Source: Epithemia pelagica | Lineage: Eukaryota; Protista; Bacillariophyta | Assembly: GCA_946965045.2 (NCBI GenBank) | Contig: OX337228.1 | Location: 2,294,001-2,358,000, forward strand | DNA: 64,000 nucleotides | Reading direction: 5' to 3' | In this document: one piece after another, positions 32,552-44,866 of the stretch | Numbering within the stretch: position 1 is the stretch's first letter | Layout: each line of letters starts with the position of its first letter | The notes under the pieces: model-generated | The model's database searches: none | Told to the model about the DNA's origin: nothing | The model's input: the letters and a program-made list of their open reading frames with translations, nothing else | Position numbers and translations under genes: made by a program

Positions 32552-35500
32552 CTAAAGCGCGAGAAGTGTCTTTGATTTGGATGTGGAAGTCCACATGGAT
32601 GGTGCTTGTTGCTCCTTTCCACCGTCCAAACCTCCAACTCCCAGCCACTGCATTCGTTTGCGACGAGGCCCGGTGCGAATGGTACGAGGAGACGGATTAT
32701 ATCCATCACTGAACAGTCGACGACACAGCACTTTTCGGGCTGTATCCAACCAAAGAACGGACGAACTCAAACAAATTATATAGGCCAGATCGTTGAAAGA
32801 CAATGCTTCGGTTTGAAAAATCTCTTGAAGAGGCGGGAAAAAGATTAGCAGCAGCTGGCCCACAACCGACCCGCCAACGGCCCAGAGAAATACCGGATTA
32901 CCAAACGGATCCAACTCGTAGAAGCACCGATCTGCACTACGGCACGCGTAGGCGTTAAACAAGTCAAAGTTTACAAATGTCATGAAGGTCATGGTGGTAT
33001 CTCGTCGGGATGGCTTCCCATCTTCCAATTCATGAGCAAACACGTACAATGTGCCGACAACAATCAATGCTGCACTCGAGATTGCACGTAAGAGCAACGC
33101 CCGCGTCACAATGGGATCGTCGGCTTTTCGTGGCTTGGCACGGAGAATTCGTGGGTGACAGGGTTCGACACCCAAACTCTGAGCGGGAGGACCATCCATG
33201 ATTATATTGATCCACAAAATCTGCATGGCGTTCAACGGCGAGGGCATACCCAAGGCAGTTGCCACACTCGCCATGGTCAATGCAGCAAATGATGTGCTCA
33301 ACTGGAATGCGAGAAAACATCGAATGTTGAAAAAGATACCTTTCCCTTCTGCAATGGCCATTGTGATTGTACGAAAGTCATCATCTGCCAGCACAACATC
33401 GGCCGCTTCCTTGGCAACATCAGTTCCATTCTTTCCCATTGCGACTCCGATATCGGCCCCTATTTCACCACCCCATTCAACAAGGAACAGTGTGAGTACA
33501 TGCTAGTAGTGCCAGCAAGGACAGCTCTCAATAATCTCGGGACGCACCTTTCAACGCCGTTGCATCATTCACACCGTCGCCAGTCATGACAACAATTTCA
33601 CCGAGTTCTTGGAGTGCTCGCACAATTGCAAGTTTGTGTCTGGGAACCACTCGGTAAAATACTCGAACTCCTGCAATGCTTTCCGCCAAATTCTGTACCG
33701 GGATGTCGTCCAACTGATCGCCACTCATCATGGTCGTACTACTATCCTGTGCCATCTCTGGATCTGGCAGTGCATTGGATAGATCTCCGTAGCTGTTGCT
33801 TTCGGCAATAAGTCGTAAATCATCCATACCCGTCAGTGAATCGGGTGCATCGGTCGTTGGTTCCGCTACAATACCACATCGTTGGGCAATCGCCAAGGCG
33901 GTTTCTTTGGAATCACCCGTTACCATCATAACCTTGACTCCTCCTTGTCGTAGTTGTCGAACGGAATCAGCCACACCCACGCGAGGCGGATCTTCCATAC
34001 CAACAATGCCCGCAAAGGTCAAGTTTTCCAGCGTCTGACCATAGGCCATGGCCAGGACTCGCAGTCCCGATGCAGCCATGCGTCGTGACTGCATCAAGGT
34101 CCTGGTGCGGTCCTCGCTCACCAGTGTTTGTGCCGACCCATCGGCCGAGGTAAAGGTTTGACACTTTCCGAGTACCTTTTCTGGCATGCCCTTGACAAAG
34201 TAGAGACTACCATCAAAGGAGGGTCGACGTGGAGAAGTCTCTTTGTTTCCGTCTTCCAGCAACGCCGTGGAGAAGGCGGAACACGCATGGCGGCCACTAA
34301 AGGGCCGCGCCCGTACCTCCATGCATTTTCGTTCACTCGTAAAAGGAATCTCCTGTAAACGGTGGTATTGTGATCGAGGATCCTCCAGACCGATCTTCTC
34401 TGAGGCACACAGCAAGGCAAGTTCAGTGGGTTGACCACACAACTTGCTGCCAGGGGAAACTTCCATGGACTGCTGTTTCAAGGTAGCGTTGTTACAAAGG
34501 CAAGCTGTGTAGAAGAGAGCCGATAAGGCTTCCAATTCAGGGCCATCGTTGGCAATAATGGAGGAAGATTCATCCTTTGGCCGTCCATGCCCTTCGAAAT
34601 CTTCCAGATTGATCAATCTTCCACCCACCGGATCGTATCCGACCCCGGTAAAACCGAATTGGCGTTCCGGAAAGGCCAAGGAAAAGGCAGTTCGCACCGT
34701 CATTTCATTCTGTGTGAGCGTCCCCGTCTTGTCCGAGGCCACGGAGGTGGCACAGCCCAGTGATTCGACCACGGGTAATTTCCGGACAATGGCATTTCGT
34801 CGCGCCATGCGCAACACTCCCAAGGCCAATGTGACGGTAACACAAATGGGCAATCCCTCTGGAATGGCTGCTACCGCTAAACTGACCGCAACCGTCAAGG
34901 TTTCCAACAAGGGTCGTCCCAGGAACCAGCCCAAGACTGCGATAATGGCAATGGCGACCGAGGACAAGACGGCCAATCGATGACCCAATTCATCCATTTT
35001 TGTTTGGAGAGGTGACTTGCGACTGGTGACCGAGGCCAATTCTGTGGCTACCTTGCCAAATTCTGTGGCATCGCCAATGGCCACAACCAAGGCTCGACCT
35101 CGGCCAGCTTGAATGAGAGTCCCACAAAAACAAATGTTGTCTTGTTGAGAAATACTGGGTGCTTTTGTCCCAATGGTCGTCAAGGCTTCTCCCGTTTTGG
35201 GAACGGGATGGTTCTCCCCTGTTAGACTGGACTCATCGACGGTCAATTCAATGGAATCGACAACACGGCAATCCGCCGGAACGCGATCTCCTGTTGCCAA
35301 GAGGACCAAATCACCCAGTACCAGATTCTGCGCCAAGAAATTGTCATGAACAACACCATCTCGAACGACGGTGCAGGTATGAGGGACCAAATGATTTAGT
35401 TTTTCAATCGCTGCTTCCGATCGGTATTCTTGAACGGCCGCAACCGCCGACACAATCATCAAGGCAATGGCAATACTGACGGCATCGGCGACATTGCCCA

Positions 35501-36014
35501 ACAGAATGGAAATGGCGGCCGATCCGAGTAACATGACAATGAGCGGTTCTTTCAGCTGCGATCCCAAGGCCGACGCAATGGGACCGGTGCATATTTGACA
35601 GTAATGGCGCATCAGCGAACTCCAGGTGGACGGTCGTTCACTGTCATTGTCGTCACTGTCACTGGACAAGCGATTGGTTCCATACAAATCACTCAAGACA
35701 CGAACTTGTTTCGACGACCATCCTTGACTGAGCAGAAAGGGCGGCGTCGAATGCCCGCCACCACTTGTAGAACTCGCAGAGCTGGTCTGGTGCGTCAAGG
35801 CTGGAAGGGGTGTTGTTGGAGGGTCGTGGTCGGACAGTGGCCGATTGGCAGGTTGTGTGGCCGACGCAAGCGTGTGGTTGGTGGTGTCCGTCATTGTCAC
35901 CAATAAGGCAGCCATGTGTCGGGCCATTTCTTCTGGTTGCCATGTGCATTCTTCCGATCGATTATACGGATACAAAACATGGGTAGAAGTCAATTGTTGT
36001 TTCAACTCGGTCAT
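32552..36014 (-). CDS. PMR1: P-type IIA secretory-pathway Ca2+/Mn2+ ATPase (PMR1/SPCA) (2 exons)
   Basis: Exons 36014-33548 and 33459-32552. Motifs VDESSLTGE, VAAIPEGLP, DKTGTLT, MVTGD, TGDGVND..LKGADIG, QILWINIIMDGPPAQSLGVEP. Confidence 0.95.
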
Positions 36015-36361
36015 GGTCGTTCTCAACTGTCGATATATTCTGTTGTTTAGAGGAGACGAATGAGAGCATTCCCGTGTTGGGCGTATTATTCCCCCAAGTC
36101 CCACGATTATCCGCGAACTAAACGCGACCGTAATCAAAGCGCCATGAAGCGCGACCTTGCAACGACCAAAAAATGAACGTATCTGGTTGCGCGTGGAACT
36201 TTCTCATACGTCATCGTGGAAGACAAGCGTTGGTGTGAAGTGTGGTTGCTTCTTCGAGAGAACACCAAACCCCAAACAGAGGGTATCTTCATGTTGCGCC
36301 GAAACCGAATCCTTTGAGACCGAACTACTACTACCACCACCACCACCACCACACCACCACC

Positions 36362-38500
36362 ATGGCAATGGATCATCCAGGTAGATTCGCCGTCTTGTTC
36401 GTTCTGTTGTTGGGAAATATCGTGTCGGTGCAAGTATCGGCATTTCTTCCCATTATTGATTTGAGAGATGGAGTCAGCCATGTGACTTCACCACCACCAC
36501 CATCACTCACATGGTCCCGATTGACAGTCTTCGCATCGGACAACAACAACAACAACAAAGACCCATCGTCCTTGCCACCCGTACCGGGGTTTCGAACGTC
36601 CAGCAAAAAACCCAAAAAGCTCATTGTGGATCCCAAAACTGGCTTGTATCGGCCCATGAAAAACCAACCAGAAACCGAAAACCAAATCACATGGGACGGA
36701 TTCAAATCAATGGTCTATGGCGGTGTGGATCTATTGACGACCAAGGTACCACAAGGGATCCAAAAGATTCAAGAAACGGCTCAAGATGTGACCGGAGGTA
36801 CTACTACTACACCTCAAGACTCAGTGTCCTCCGGGGACGGTCGAAACCAGTCACCTGCACCGGCAGGGACCCTGAACCTGTCGTCGCCCGCGTCGGCCAC
36901 CGGAACTCAAATTGTCGGTGGTTACAAAGAGCGAGAAGAAGAATTTATCAACAGTTTAAAGGACGTTCCCGCTCAAAGATTGACGCAGGAATTTAAAGTC
37001 CCCACCAGTATCAATGAACGATCCATGGATGCACAAGTCGACAATGTCTTGGAGGAGTCCAGTACGTTTGATTCTTTCAAGTCGCTCTTGTACAAAGGTC
37101 TCGACGCGGTTGCGTCCTCCTCCTCTAGTAGTAACGAAATTGGAGCATCGCCGTCGTCACCACTCAAACGATTGCCTTCGAGTTTGCAAACTCGAGAAGT
37201 ACAGGCTCGATTGTTGGCATCGGACGAGGAATTCTTGGAGGCCATGGAAGCCTTGCAGTCGGACAACCCCGTGACGCGTTTGGCGGCCGGATACAAGGTA
37301 CGACGTATGGTGGACCGAGACGAGGTGCTCAAACGACGACGGGAGCGAGCCGTCCAACGCGAAGAACAAGCGCTGGCGATCAAGACGGGATTTTATCAAG
37401 CCGGAGACGCCTTGGTGGGAGGTGTCAAGGCCCTCGTAGAATTGCCGCCCAAGGTTGCCGAAACCTATGAAAGTACCGTTGTGGGAACTCGCAAGACGAT
37501 TGCAGCAGCGCAAGCACTGCCGGAACAAGTGAAAAACAGAGTCGAAACGGTACAAAAGCAAGTCGAGGATGTCCAACAATCGGTTCAAGATAGTGTCGAA
37601 ACGACAAAAGATATTATTGAAAAGACAAAGCAATTGCCAGGTGATATTCAGAATAAAGTGAAAGAGACCCGTGAATCGGTTCAAAAGACTGCCAAGGAAA
37701 CCAAAGAAACCATTGAAGGCATTGGAGAAGTCGCGCAAGAACTCACAACGTCATCGAAAGTACTGCTAGGATTGGAAAAGCCTGTCCCACGACCACCCAA
37801 GGCTGTACCGAAGGAGATTCAAGAGGAGCTATCCTTGGCTAAATTGGGTTGGAAGGCATTGAGTGCCACGGGATCCTTGGCTGGAAAAGTCACATGGGTG
37901 GTGGGGAAAGAAACAACCAAACTTGCCTGGAAAGGAGCCGAAATGGCCTTTTCCAAAGGCAAGGACGCGTTTGACGAAGCCGCGGCAAAGGACCAGAAAC
38001 GCCGTGATCTCGCCGCTTCAGCATTTAGTTCGGAAACGGACAACACGGCTTCGAGTACTGTAGTAGTGGAAGAAACGGATAGCGGCAAACCGGTTTCAAC
38101 GACAAAGGTAAAGGAAACCACTCCAGTGACATCCGACGTTCCCGACAAAAAACTGGGCAACAAAACTTCTAGGCGAGCAAAGGACACCAAACCACCAAAG
38201 TCCATAGAACAGGACATGTCTTCAGCTCAGCAAACAGATGAGACGACCCTTACGCTGGAGAAACAGGACGACAAAAAAGACATGGCGGAGAATGAAGACC
38301 CACGATCCTCGGAACGGTTGGCCAAACGAAAAGAGGAACTGGAACTGTCGGTGCTGGATTTGGAACTTGAAATTTCTGAGGCGCTCCGCCTGGCGGAAGT
38401 TGCGATTGAATCGGCGAAAGCTGAGATGGATGATATCCGTGAGGACGGTGATACCAAGTCCTTATCCAGCGACCAATCGACCGACAATGGTTCGAGTTAA
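36362..38500 (+). CDS. Plastid-targeted protein of unknown function with an amphipathic/coiled-coil repeat region
   Basis: Signal ..SVQVSA/FLP (ASAF-type). LEA/apolipoprotein-like VQKQVEDVQQSVQDSVETTKDIIEKTK segment. Confidence 0.8.
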   Translation: MAMDHPGRFAVLFVLLLGNIVSVQVSAFLPIIDLRDGVSHVTSPPPPSLTWSRLTVFASDNNNNNKDPSSLPPVPGFRTSSKKPKKLIVDPKTGLYRPMKNQPETENQITWDGFKSMVYGGVDLLTTKVPQGIQKIQETAQDVTGGTTTTPQDSVSSGDGRNQSPAPAGTLNLSSPASATGTQIVGGYKEREEEFINSLKDVPAQRLTQEFKVPTSINERSMDAQVDNVLEESSTFDSFKSLLYKGLDAVASSSSSSNEIGASPSSPLKRLPSSLQTREVQARLLASDEEFLEAMEALQSDNPVTRLAAGYKVRRMVDRDEVLKRRRERAVQREEQALAIKTGFYQAGDALVGGVKALVELPPKVAETYESTVVGTRKTIAAAQALPEQVKNRVETVQKQVEDVQQSVQDSVETTKDIIEKTKQLPGDIQNKVKETRESVQKTAKETKETIEGIGEVAQELTTSSKVLLGLEKPVPRPPKAVPKEIQEELSLAKLGWKALSATGSLAGKVTWVVGKETTKLAWKGAEMAFSKGKDAFDEAAAKDQKRRDLAASAFSSETDNTASSTVVVEETDSGKPVSTTKVKETTPVTSDVPDKKLGNKTSRRAKDTKPPKSIEQDMSSAQQTDETTLTLEKQDDKKDMAENEDPRSSERLAKRKEELELSVLDLELEISEALRLAEVAIESAKAEMDDIREDGDTKSLSSDQSTDNGSS

Positions 38501-39214
38501 GATCAGAAGTGGACACGCGTTCTTATGCATCCATCACTGTTTCATTGTTACTACATGACGAAAGCAACAAGACGAATTCGCGTTTGGTATTGCGTGTGGT
38601 TTTGCTAGTACCTTTGCGCCCACTCTAGTATACTGCATTTCTGGTGGGGTCGCTGCAGTGACCATGGGATGGATACTCGTTGGCTAAATGGAAAAAATAC
38701 GTTTCAAGTCTATGGTCAACTGGACGATTTGGGTAGACGCATGTTGTGTCACTGGTAGCTACTAGGAGAACCTCTAATCATTTTACGTATCTGAATCTGA
38801 TGAGTTCCATATTCCTAATTCAGATCACCATGGCCATGAGTTTACTCCTTGCTATAGCTACCTATACCAAGGTAGCTTGGTATTTTCAGTCGCACATCTC
38901 CTTTGCTCACGTATGATGCCGCGCGCGCGTCGACGCCGAAAAAGTTTCGTATGCCAAGCTTCCACACAAAAATCTGTGTATTCCGAAAACCGGGGATCAC
39001 AACGCATGAGTTTACCACAAGAGTCGCAGCACGAAAACACGATACCATTGTAACTCTCACAAGATCTCAATCATGCTCCAACACTTCGGGCGCTGGGAAA
39101 ACAAGAATGATCGACAGAAAAATGATCGTGTCCAACAACAAGACCAGTCGACCCACAATCACTTGATGATTACAACACAAAGACACTCTCCGGGAAGTTT
39201 GGACATTTGCAACC

Positions 39215-41809
39215 ATGAGGAAACAGAGCCGTCGCTGGCAACGAAAAACATTCAGCATGCCCGGTACATCGCAAACAGGGCAACTTCTATTAACTTTGAC
39301 ATGTGTGGCGTCGCTAATCGGCAAAGTCGCGTCTCAGAACTACAATCCTAGTGCGACAGACTGCGGAGATGGTTCTCAGGGCTACCTGTCAATTAGCGAC
39401 CTACAACAAGACATTAACACAGAAAGGGATCGAGTCCTAGCAGGTGGGTCCCCACCAAATGGACCATACAAGTTCACTTTATGTCCAAGAAGACCGTTTC
39501 GCATCACAGAACCGTTGGTTCCCGCCCTCGATAATATCGAGATAGGATGCGGAGATCCTCCTTTGAGATCAAACAATTGCTTCGTGTCCGGGAGTGACAT
39601 CCAGGTTGATATTCAGGAATTTCGAGGTTCTTCTTTTCCAGTTACACAGGTAACACTGCAAGGGCTGGGCTTTGGTTTTTTTGGAGACGCTGCCATTGCG
39701 GGTGACGCAACTGATGCAACAGAACTTGTTCTCCAGGATGTTGCATTTCAGGTGAGAACCAGCGAACGTTTAAGACTAGTCCATGATGTACGAATGCACT
39801 CACACGTTTCTCTACAGGCTTTTGATGGCGCTTCAAACCTTGTCAGGCAGCAACCTGCTGAAGGAAGCAATAGACCGCCGTTTCGTGTCTCCGTCTTTGA
39901 AGCCGCTGTTACTGGTGGAAGTACAACAGGTGACGCATTCCTTAACGAAGGTGGCGAGCTGGTTATTCAGGGCCTTCAAGTTAGTGGAGTCACGGTTCCG
40001 ACTTCATTGATTCAAGCATCCGGAAACAGTGCTAGTGTTTTCATCGATCAAGCAAGCGCTAATTCGGCGGCAATGTCTGTCACTCAAAGCGAAATTGGTG
40101 TAAGTGCTTTCTCTTTCCGCCTTCCAAAGTGCCATGCATGTCGCTGACTTTCTCATGTTGTCAAAACAGAATGTTGTGAACTTGATTGATGGTGCTGACG
40201 GGATCATTAATTTTCTTGAAGTTGAGGATATGATCAATATCGGCCGAGTTCTTCGTACATTTGGAGAAGGCTCACAAGCTAGGCTACGATCAGCCAGTAT
40301 AACTGACAATGTCCCTGAGTCTGGAAATCCATGGCGGGCGGTAGAGGCAATCGATGGGTCGTCGGTGGTCATTCAGTTTCTAAATATGGCAAACAACCAA
40401 AACCTAGAGCACCACATCGCTGCCACTTTCAGATCAACTGTGTCGATTGTCGAAATGGAGATCGTTGGATCAACTGGATCTCTCGGATCTGTAAGTAAAA
40501 GCCTGTACAAATTGTTCTTTTCGGCAAATTTCGCTAACTTTGTTCCTTCCCCTACGAAGTCGTCTGCTGCTTCCACAGTTCTTCTATCAACAGGTGGTAG
40601 CGAAATGATTGTGTCCGATTCGAGGTTAGCAGAAATTTCTGATATCACGGTAAGTGCTCAAAGAACGACCCTTGAAAATGCGATTGATCGCTTTTCCTCT
40701 CACGACCATTGTCTTAGACTGGAATTTTTGTGTTTCAGGGGAGTGATGTTAGAGCCACGCGCGTTTGCATTGAATCTATTGATGCAGCGGGTATCGTCTT
40801 TGTCCAGGATGGCTCAACTGTTTCGGTGACGGAGGACAACGCAATTGCAAGCTCTCCAACAGAAACGTGTCCAGAACGCCCAGAAGGTGGAGGTCGTTTA
40901 ATCCAGGAAACGCCCGGGTCTGGTTGTTTCGATCCAAGCAATCCCGCCGAATGCGATTCAACCTGCGGAAATTTTGCTGAGTTCGGCGACTGTCAACTGA
41001 TACCAAATGTAAACTTTACGTTTCCACCAACAACGTCACCCTCCCACGAACCAAGTGTCTCTCCGACGATATCTTCTCAACCAACTGTGTCGCCGCAGCC
41101 GTCTTCTACGCCTGTTGCTCCCCAGTCCGACTTTCCCTCCATGGTTCCAAGTTCTTCGCCACGACCAACTCCAATAACAAAATTTCCGTCATCTTCACCC
41201 AGCATCACATCAGCTCCATCTGTACCATCGGCTCCTCCAAGTGGAGTCCCTTCCACTCTACCGACCATTCCAACGACAAACTCCCCTACCACCAGTTCAG
41301 CACCGACATCTTTAGTTACGAGTGAGCCGACTCCGGTAGATTCTACAGCTCCAACAAAATGCAGAGAAAGACCTTCCAAGGGCAAAGGATACACAAGAAA
41401 ACTTGACAGCACCGGGACCTACTACGTGTACCATTACGTTCACATCGAAGATCCAGGGGATGGCTTGCCATGGTGCCCAACACCCGCTCCCCTTAAACCA
41501 CTTTTTTCCGTAGGAAAAGGAAAGGGTAAAGGTATAAATACGAAGGGCAAAGGGTACTATCCTACGAAGGGCAAAGGGTACTATCCAACAAAGGGTTATT
41601 ACCCAACAACGAACAAAGGGTACTACCCTACGACAAAAGGAAAAGGGTACTATCCCGTCAAAGGGAAAGGGCGGTACAGGTCAAGCAAAGATTCGAAGAG
41701 CAGAAGGAGCCCACAGAGCTACGGAAAACGAATGCTTGCAACCAATCGAACCGTACCTGGCCATAGAAGGGAGCTCCCACAAGAACCAGACGACATGCTT
41801 TTTCGGTAG
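39215..41809 (+). CDS. Secreted multidomain protein, paralogue A: Cys domain, beta-helix-like repeats, P/T/S stalk, KGKG-YYP tail (5 exons)
   Basis: Exons 39215-39751, 39818-40099, 40170-40490, 40560-40649 and 40718-41809, all GT-AG and frame-consistent. Hydrophobic leader before SQNYNP. Confidence 0.8.
41512..41672 (+). repeat. Imperfect coding tandem repeat encoding (KG)KGYYP[TV] x5
   Basis: aagggcaaagggtactatcctacg / aagggcaaagggtactatccaaca / aagggttattacccaaca / aaagggtactaccctacg / aaaggaaaagggtactatcccgtc. Confidence 0.9.
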
Positions 41810-42517
41810 CGATTAGCGATATTCTCATCTTATTGTAAACTGTTTCAATAGAACATGTGATTTCTATTTGTCATGACATACATGACATGAGAAAGGTCGT
41901 CCTCATGGTTTTAGAAGCCTTCTATCATTCTGTTGGAGTTGGAGAGAGGTGAAAGACGTGTCCTTTTTTACCGGAGACCCATTGTCACCACGACCGACTA
42001 CATAGCTAGACTCCTAGGACCTAGGACTACCGTAATTACGGTAGGACGCCAAAACATGTAACCTTACCGTAGCTCCTGTACAGAGAACCCGGATCAAAAG
42101 GTACCAGAATATTCGAGAGGCCTCTGGATGAATCTTAAGCTTCCGAATGACTTTGGAAAAACTACGATAATCGATGATGTGCGTTGAATCGTTTGGTTTT
42201 CCTCCACAAAAGAATGAATTTGAATTCAGTCATAAGATGGAGGCTATCAAAAGATTAACAAATCTGGATGTAGAAGATGGGTCGTTTGATCATGTGAGCG
42301 TTCCCAAGAGCGACTGTTCGACCCATTCTTTTCCACAGCACATGCTTACTGCACACAAGAATCGGAATGCGATACGCAATCTTACCAAGGGAATTATCTG
42401 ATTTGTGGTAAAGGACAGCTTATTTTTCGACCATCAATTGACGCCAACACCTCAACACACTGTATCTCCAAGATGTATTATCTGGGAAGAAGAAATCGAT
42501 GTCCATGGACGGCAACC

Positions 42518-44722
42518 ATGGCGAAGCCGTATGCCTACGCTATTCTTTCATTATTCATTTTGTGTCCTGTTGTGGCACAAGGACCATGTAGTTCTGATTC
42601 TTCAGTGACAGGCTACAGCAGCATTTCCGATCTGAACACAGACATGGATGTTGAACTGGCACGAATAGAGGCAGGTGGAACTCCAGCTAGCTCGTATCGG
42701 TTTATTTTATGCCCGGACACTGTGTTTGATACATCATCGACACCTCTTAGACCACTGCTCGATGGAGCCTTGTTTCAATGTGGGGAAAATGGTTCAAGAG
42801 ATAATCAGTGTACATTTGAGGGTGGAGATGTTCAGATTTTGATAGAAGATTCCACCACACCAGGATACCCTCTTCGTCAAGTTGCATTCACAGGCATAAC
42901 TTTTGTCGATTTTAAGTCGAATGACGAGGAAACAGGAACCTCTGTAGCTGCTGAGGCTTCGGCCCGAACCACAGCGACCTTTGAGGATGTCTCGTGGAGC
43001 GTAAGTAGAAAGAGCTCAAGGGTGTATTTCGATTGGTGAACACTAATGTCTCCTTTTTTAATAGAATTTTGTCTCAAACACAGCAGTTCGACAGGATAAT
43101 GACAATGGCCAAAAACCGATGACCGTGGTCATTGAGGACAGTTCTATCATTGGCGGGACATCAGATGATCTGTTTGTGAATAATGGGGGGCAACTAAGTA
43201 TTTCCAATCTGGATGTGACCGGTACGACGGCCGAGAGTATGATTGTCACCACAAATAGGGGCACATCAACGCTTCTCGACTCGACAGTTACAGCAAGCAG
43301 CATTCAACATGTCACAAAAACACAAAGCGAAGGAACTCAGAATGTAGAGGGAGTCAATGTCAACAATATGGTTTTGATGGACAGAACATTCTCAGTTGCG
43401 GGAACCGGTTCGAGACTGGTCGTGGAACGGACTACGGTCGAAGACAACCAACCCTCTTCAACCTGGAGAGGTATCGACGTGCAGGCTGGAGCAACAGCCC
43501 AAATGAGACGGGACAGCTTGTTTTCAGGAAACACAAACATGCAATATGGAGTTATTGCAGGTTCTCGGGCATTTGTCGAAGTGCTAGACTCATTTTTTAC
43601 CAACAATGTTGGTCTCGGAGTAAGTGTCACAATAGAAAAGAACTGGATCTCTCATTCTCTGAATGAAAGACGTCTCATGGTTTCATTTCAACAGGCAGAA
43701 GCGAGCGCGGCGGTGGCCACAATTGGTGGTGAAGTAAATGTAGAACGGACAGAGTTCGATGGAAATAGACAGTTCTCCGTAAGTAATGTGCACATCTGTC
43801 AATCACTCAAAAACACCGAAAACAACTTACAAGTTTGATTTGTTGACAGGCTCAAGTGCTTGCTTTAATTCAAAGCTCTCTTCGGATCATTCAATCATGT
43901 TTCCAGAATGGGTCTTCCAGTTTCGTTGTCTTTGTAGATAATTCTTCAGGGAGCGTAGTTTCCGAAAACTTCCTCGAGAACATGGTTTCATCAAATTGCC
44001 CTGATCCTGGAAATCGACTATTTCAAGAGTCACCAGGGTCTAACTGCTTTACAGGGATCACTTGTGAAGGCACATGTGAAGTCCTGGCCGATCAAGACGA
44101 ATGCCAGTCAACTCAACCGACAGCGGCACCCTCCTCAAACCCATCAGCTCCAACAACCGCTCCGTCTAGTTTCCCGACGAACTCTCCTGTTGTCGATGGT
44201 CCAACTCGGCCACCGACCCCAACACGCAGCCCTTCGGCCCGACCTCCTACAAGGCGTCCATCTGTTTCCCCACCCTCCATAAACCCCCCAACACTCCGGC
44301 CAACATGTCCCGGCAAGGGATTCCCGCCGAAGCCTGAAAAGGTGAAGCTCAGCTCAAGGACGCATGTTGGTTACCACCAAAGAAGAAAACCCATCGAGAC
44401 CGATTCTACTACCTTCCGGGAGTGGTTGAAACACCCGTATTTGATCAACCAGCAAAGAGGTCCAAGAAAAGAAAATTTTCCTTCAAACATCGTATCCCCG
44501 AGGTATGATTTTTACGCACCTCCAACGTGCCCCCCAACTCCATCTCGAAAGCCATCTTGGAAAAATAGACCGATGCCAACGGCGAAGGGAATCGCTGTGG
44601 CGTTTGCAATAGAGAAACGAGGCAAGAAAAGAAACAAACGTTCAAAGGCCAAAAAGTCAAAAGAGCACAGCAGAAAATCGGACAGATTATTGGTTTATGA
44701 CCAGTATATCGAAACAAGATGA
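42518..44722 (+). CDS. Secreted multidomain protein, paralogue B (4 exons)
   Basis: Exons 42518-43000, 43065-43619, 43695-43778 and 43850-44722. Signal MAKPYAYAILSLFILCPVVA. Shares GYxSISDL..AGG.P...Y.F.LCP and RL.QE.PGS.CF with paralogue A. P/T stalk and Lys/Arg tail. Confidence 0.82.
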
Positions 44723-44866
44723 GGTTGAGTACAAGTAGACATGTCTATGGACGGCGGTGCATACATTTGCAAGTGTGGGTATAAGTTGTATCATATACAA
44801 GAGACTTTCGAATGAGTGAAAGTAATTCTTCTGTTTTAGTATATTTTCGTGTTTCAACTCCTATGA

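Noticed and set aside
36340-36361. CAC/CCA microsatellite read as poly-His or poly-Val coding
   Set aside because: It lies just upstream of the likely ATG at 36362 and is a simple 5' UTR repeat.
41512-41672. Repeat array as CRISPR
   Set aside because: The units are degenerate, lack unique spacers, lie in frame in a eukaryotic exon, and no cas genes are present.
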